A stretch of 64,000 nucleotides of DNA, taken from the NCBI GenBank assembly GCA_964019425.1, contig OZ025805.1, positions 248,001-312,000 of the forward strand. Direction: 5' to 3'. The stretch is from Flectonema sp. DT1601. Taxonomy: Eukaryota. Below the pieces are notes generated by a model, which worked only from the letters and a program-made list of their open reading frames with translations, made no database searches and was not told where the DNA came from. Both the position numbers and the translations under genes were made by a program. The stretch's first letter is position 1. Each line of letters begins with the position of its first letter. This document shows, one piece after another, positions 59,024 to 64,000 of the stretch.

Positions 59024-61516
59024 ATGATAAACGAATCGGAGGACTACAGCTCTGATGGAAGTTCTTATTATCAAATGAAATCAGCTGCTGACACTACTAC
59101 TGAAAGTTACACTCAAGGCGGTGAAAGTGACGTCCCTCGTACTAAAGGTGCTATGAGTCCTTCAGTCATGTCTCAATCAGACTATTCGGAGTACAGCGAT
59201 GTACGTAGTGAGGTCCTTAGAGTGAAGCAACCGCTTGTTGAGTTGCCTGATGCGGTTGTGAGAAAGACTGTAGTGGAAACCGATCAACATAATGAGAAGC
59301 AATCATCTGATGATGACCTGACAGAAGTAAAATCTGAATCTGAAAGTGATAAGAAACTACCCTTGAGTGATATGCAATCACCACCACCTCCACCTCAACT
59401 CGATGATCAGAGTTGCTCGTCAGTTAGTCAGCATGATGAGATGCAACCCTCTTCAGAACCGACAGAAATAAAATCTGAATCTGAAAATGATAAAAAGCAA
59501 CCCTTGAGTGATCTGCCATCATCATCACCACCTCCACCTCAACTCGATGATCAAACTTGCTCGTCAGTTAGTCAGCATGATGAAAGACAACCCTCTTCAG
59601 AACCAACAGAAATAAAATCTGAAACTGATAAACAGCAATCAGTGTTATCACCCATCAGTGAATCCAAATCAAATCTATTAGAAGAGAGAGATGAGCTAAT
59701 TGTATCTTCCCAACAAGATGATCAATCACCAGAAAGAGATCGTATACCGTCACTACCAACTCAGATATCACCTACCAGTAACAAATCACTTCCAGTAGAA
59801 GAACAACCAGCGTCTTCACCCGTAGAAGATAATGAAGTTGGTAGTAACTCTGATCATAATGATCGTTCTACTCATTGTGTAAGTCAGGAGACGCCATCAT
59901 CGAATAAAAGCGAGGTTGATTTCGGACAACAGGAAGATTGTTTTAGTCAAGTGAAGGATACTAAACAATCATCAGATTTAATTCTGCCCCTTAACAATCC
60001 CGACGATGTTGATAATATAATAGGATCAGAACCCAAAGAAGAAGAAAATAAAACAAATCTGAGTGATAATTGCGGCGAAGGTGAAATTTTTTTAATGCAA
60101 AAAAAGAAGAAAAAACATTCGTGTGGAGGGAATAGAAGAGCCAGTGATGGTTCTCGAAAAAAATCTGTCGTTCGGAAGAATAGTAAGAAATCGATTCGAA
60201 AATCAAACGGAGAAGTGTTGGAACAGACTAACTCAGCTATGGCTGAGTCAGCTTCTCAACAACCAGATGAACCAATTATGAAACGAAGAAAATCATCGAC
60301 TCGGTCGGACAAAAAATCAAGAAGAAAGTCAAAACGAGAAAAACAAAAATCGATTGATACTGAACAGCCTTTGCAGTCTACCACTGCGATGACAGAGAGT
60401 GAAATCAATCAGACTATCAATGAAGACGATGATGTATCGATTATAGTTGAGGAAAGTCCAATCAACCACGTTGATGATTCAAAGAGCGACTGTTCCATCA
60501 GTGAAAAAACAAAATCACCGTCTGGTCAAAAAAATTCAGATCCGAAAAGAAATTATTCTCCAACAGAACGATTGTATCTCTCTGATACTAAAAAAGTTCC
60601 GAGACCACCTGGCAGTGGAGCGCCGTCATCTGCGAGAAGACCTCGTGAAAAGAGTGATGGGAATCAAACTGAATTAGATTACTTATATTATAAAAAAGAT
60701 CCAAGACCATCAGGAGATGTCTTCTTTCGATTATATCCAGAGTTACTAACCGCTTCTTGTGATGAAATAACCAAGCACATTGGAACTCCTTCTCTTGGTC
60801 CGGTTGGTTCAAAATCAGGGACATGGGCTCCTCCAACAAAGACCCCAGAAATAGAGAGTGATTATCCTCCTCATTGTGTTTCCAAGATTAAGAAATTACC
60901 TCTACCGGCATTCTCACCTAGTAGTACGGCTGTGAGAAAAAAACCACCTCTTAGAATAAAATATATTAATCAAGATGAAGTTGATGCTCAACGTTCTGGA
61001 GTAGTTTGCATTCCTCTTTCAGATACACTTGTCGCAGCTCATGTCAGCGCTCCCAGTAAGCTTGGACAACAGCAAGCAGAAGTCTCTCTGGTACGAAATC
61101 CATTTGCAAAAAAAAGAGGCGGTCGTTTGCAATCAAGATCAGCTAAGGTTCGACTCCCTCCCATGGGATCAAATAAAAAAAAACGAAGACCACTTCTTGC
61201 TGTGGGAGAAGACGTTTTACGAAGGAAGATATTAAAGTTGCAAGCTAGTAACTCAGCTTTACAGAAGAAGGTTGTACTTCTTGAAAGAAACAGACAAACA
61301 GCTCACTCTGAACAACAAACAGAAAATACCACAGCTGTGATCTCAGCTGTTTTATGTGTTTGTTGTTTAGTGTCTCCAGTCTGTAGGGATTCATCTAGAA
61401 ATTCGTTTTCATCATCATCATCATCTCATCGAAGTCCAGCAGTAAGAAATCAAAGCAATGTCTCAGCAGACGACAGTGAAAACCGAAGTTACAACAGCAG
61501 TGAATGTTGCGTATAG
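59024..61516 (+). CDS. Hypothetical low-complexity Ser/Glu/Lys-rich protein
   Basis: 830-aa open frame; internal duplication PPPPQLDDQxCSSVSQHDExQPSSEPTEIKSE. Confidence 0.75.
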   Translation: MINESEDYSSDGSSYYQMKSAADTTTESYTQGGESDVPRTKGAMSPSVMSQSDYSEYSDVRSEVLRVKQPLVELPDAVVRKTVVETDQHNEKQSSDDDLTEVKSESESDKKLPLSDMQSPPPPPQLDDQSCSSVSQHDEMQPSSEPTEIKSESENDKKQPLSDLPSSSPPPPQLDDQTCSSVSQHDERQPSSEPTEIKSETDKQQSVLSPISESKSNLLEERDELIVSSQQDDQSPERDRIPSLPTQISPTSNKSLPVEEQPASSPVEDNEVGSNSDHNDRSTHCVSQETPSSNKSEVDFGQQEDCFSQVKDTKQSSDLILPLNNPDDVDNIIGSEPKEEENKTNLSDNCGEGEIFLMQKKKKKHSCGGNRRASDGSRKKSVVRKNSKKSIRKSNGEVLEQTNSAMAESASQQPDEPIMKRRKSSTRSDKKSRRKSKREKQKSIDTEQPLQSTTAMTESEINQTINEDDDVSIIVEESPINHVDDSKSDCSISEKTKSPSGQKNSDPKRNYSPTERLYLSDTKKVPRPPGSGAPSSARRPREKSDGNQTELDYLYYKKDPRPSGDVFFRLYPELLTASCDEITKHIGTPSLGPVGSKSGTWAPPTKTPEIESDYPPHCVSKIKKLPLPAFSPSSTAVRKKPPLRIKYINQDEVDAQRSGVVCIPLSDTLVAAHVSAPSKLGQQQAEVSLVRNPFAKKRGGRLQSRSAKVRLPPMGSNKKKRRPLLAVGEDVLRRKILKLQASNSALQKKVVLLERNRQTAHSEQQTENTTAVISAVLCVCCLVSPVCRDSSRNSFSSSSSSHRSPAVRNQSNVSADDSENRSYNSSECCV

Positions 61517-61744
61517 AATTGTTTTGTTTGTTTTATTATTATTATTATTCTCTTAGTATTCGTTAATGTGTAGACATCTTTACAGTATTTGATACACATA
61601 GTTCAATTTACCCTTTTTTTTTCTTCTTTTTTTGATGTTGTTTTTCTATTCATGTGAATGAGAATACCATTATCATGCTTTTTCTTATCAAAGTCAGGGG
61701 GGGGAGAGGAAGGGACAACAAAACAGTATCAAAAAAAAAAAAAA

Positions 61745-62929
61745 ATGAGTGTGGTGGCAATAGCAGTTATCGAGATACTCACTGTTGCCCCGCCTGCTAC
61801 TAATGTCCCAGTCGTGTCTGGATCAACTCAAACACCACCAGCTGAGTACAATCCGAGTGAAACTTCATCAAGTTCAGGTTTAATAGTTATAATATTAATT
61901 GGAATCTTATCGGCATTGGCGTTGATGTTACTTTGTGTTGGAGTTTATATTTATAAATTATCACAAAGGATAAGTGAAGGAAAGGAAACTGATGAAACTC
62001 AAATAAGAAATAGACTTTTGGCAGATGAAGTTGTCAGTCGTCAGAAACGACTTCAGCTTGAGAAAGATGCGGAATTACAATTGGGTGAATATGGTAGAAA
62101 ATTTGAAGAAATGAAAAAATTACAGAACGTAGACGTATATGAAAATCGATTGAAGGAGCTGATGGATGAGGGATACGAGAAAGAAGTTGCCATGATTCTA
62201 ATTCATTGCAATTCTGCCTATGAAAAAACACTTAGAACTTCGATAAAAGACTTATCAAAAGAGGTTGACGAACGCGAAGACGATTTTAATAAAAAGAAAG
62301 AAGAAATGGTCAACGAAACCCTCCGAAGAGAGTCTGAAGAACATCGAAACAAAACGATAACACTAAAGGCCCCGGCAAACTTATTTGAAATACCCGGTAA
62401 GGATAATGTACCTGATCAAGAGGGTGAGTACTTACCACCATCTAGAACTGTGAGAAGAGATGTTGATTTAAGCGTTATAAAACACGAGATGGAGCTAGCT
62501 GATGCCCGCAGAGTAAGTACCCCTCTGTTACCAGAGTTGTCTATGTCGTCCACGTCGTCTGATGATAAATCATTTGTATTTGGATCAACAGCAGCTCCAA
62601 CACGTTTCATTCCAAAACATCTTCCTGCGGTTGCGACTGATAAAGATCCAACTTACAACACTGTTCAGAATGTCGGAAAATATCGAACAGGTCGTTGGGA
62701 TGGAGTTAAACTACCTGAGCATCCCCAAGTTAAGGCTTACGTGTCTGGTTCTAAGGGCAAATCATCACCAAATTCAAAAACCAATGAAAAAAATTCAATT
62801 TCAAAACAACAATCTGGTACTAATAAAAAGAAAGACGATACTGCAGTTTTAACGTTAACCGCTCCAATCCCTCCTTCAAAGCCTAAAAAAGCTGCTGATG
62901 GAAGGATTTTAAAAAGTGTTATTATATAA
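61745..62929 (+). CDS. Hypothetical single-pass membrane protein with a cytosolic coiled coil
   Basis: Hydrophobic N-terminus, S/T/P stalk, TM GLIVIILIGILSALALMLLCVGVYIY, charged helical region. Confidence 0.75.
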   Translation: MSVVAIAVIEILTVAPPATNVPVVSGSTQTPPAEYNPSETSSSSGLIVIILIGILSALALMLLCVGVYIYKLSQRISEGKETDETQIRNRLLADEVVSRQKRLQLEKDAELQLGEYGRKFEEMKKLQNVDVYENRLKELMDEGYEKEVAMILIHCNSAYEKTLRTSIKDLSKEVDEREDDFNKKKEEMVNETLRRESEEHRNKTITLKAPANLFEIPGKDNVPDQEGEYLPPSRTVRRDVDLSVIKHEMELADARRVSTPLLPELSMSSTSSDDKSFVFGSTAAPTRFIPKHLPAVATDKDPTYNTVQNVGKYRTGRWDGVKLPEHPQVKAYVSGSKGKSSPNSKTNEKNSISKQQSGTNKKKDDTAVLTLTAPIPPSKPKKAADGRILKSVII

Positions 62930-63426
62930 AAGAGTTATATGCTATCGGCAAGGTTTGACAGGAGCAATCCTAAAAAAATAAATTATTGTTGTTCACCCCC
63001 TCCTCCTCTCGATTGTAACGAGTCTCGTTTATGATACAATACATTTGTATTTTACGTACAAAATCGAACAGTTAATCCCCCTCCCTCGATAGTAACGAGC
63101 CAGTAAATAGTATTTTATTTTACTTTTACATTTTGGTTTTTTTTTGAATTTATTTTTTGGTTGTTAAGATATAATAAAAGAATTACAGACTGTTTTTTTG
63201 TGTGGCTTCTCGAATCCCCATGTTCGACAGCAATTTATCAGTTTGTTTTTATTTTTTTTTAATAATTATCTATTGACCCTTTATTTTATTCTTATTCTTG
63301 TTTATTAATGCACTGACCCACTGCTGTGTCAGCATTCTGTAGTTGGTCAAGTTTTGATCTCTTCCCCTCGTATGTTCTGTTTGTCTTTGATTATAATTTG
63401 ATGTTTTTTTTTTTTTTTTTTTTTTT

Positions 63427-63549
63427 GCACCGACGAAGTCGGGAGAAGAAAACTATTCAGATCAAAGAGCTGTTTTTGTTTTATTGTGCTCATGAGAGGG
63501 TATTATGCTGTCTGTCGATCATTAAAATATAAAGCTACCATCTGAATGG
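63427..63549 (+). repeat. Dispersed repeat family A (~130 bp); other copies at ~1884-2024, 4800-4970, 8380-8615, 9314-9361 (deleted), 28600-28724, 58573-58703 (minus)
   Basis: gcaccgacgaagtcggagaagaaactattcagat...atctgaatgg, flanked by T runs. Confidence 0.9.
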
Positions 63550-64000
63550 TTTTTTTTTTTTTTTTTTGCATTTAAGAAGTATTGTAAGAACGAAAAATAA
63601 TGTTGGGGGGCAGCACACGTAAACCTCCTTTAGCTTTATCAGTTTAAGTCGGTTCACGGTTTCGTGACGCAAACAAAAACATCTCCCCTGTCTTTTCCAT
63701 ACACATCCACCAGACACTCTACTGCACAAAAGAGTGCAGCTTTCCAGGGTAATTGTCCCTGTCCCCGCTTGATGCATTTCAAGGGACAATCAATCCTTCA
63801 AAAAGAGACGACTACGTCATCCAGGGCCGGTGGACATGGTCGGCATCTCAATATTTCGTTTTCATGCGACTACGTTTCTCTTCTCAAAAAGATAGATGAC
63901 ATCACTTTTTAGGAGGGGTTTTCTTTCCCCTCTTTTTTTTTTTTTTTTTTTTTTTGTGAATTCTAATTTCAGATTTTCTGTATATGGCGATCCAACTTGA

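Overview
AT-rich eukaryotic genomic DNA with long poly(A)/poly(T) tracts and GT-AG introns. All credible protein genes are on the + strand, which suggests a euglenozoan (possibly diplonemid) protist; this is inference only. Housekeeping and signalling genes are a Kv-type K+ channel, a RING/TRAF-Zn/beta-helix protein, spliced TRM112, spliced SMC1, a PHO80-type cyclin fused to PDZ, a CMGC-like kinase and a GAF-domain protein. Two things stand out. (1) A tandem array at 34.5-53.3 kb holds five ubiquitin-like + LRR genes whose 72-nt LRR modules vary in number (6-34) and are shuffled between paralogs. (2) Non-coding repeats carry hammerhead ribozyme cores: six copies of a type III-like hammerhead at 33.5 kb and 42.1-44.8 kb, two pairs of them exactly 274 nt apart. 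Two or three sequence-unrelated dispersed short repeat families also have degenerate hammerhead cores, 5' truncations and variable-length target duplications. Together these look like a retrozyme or Penelope-type RNA-mobilised system with an unusual pseudoknot-like architecture. All RNA structures were read by eye and need computational and biochemical confirmation.
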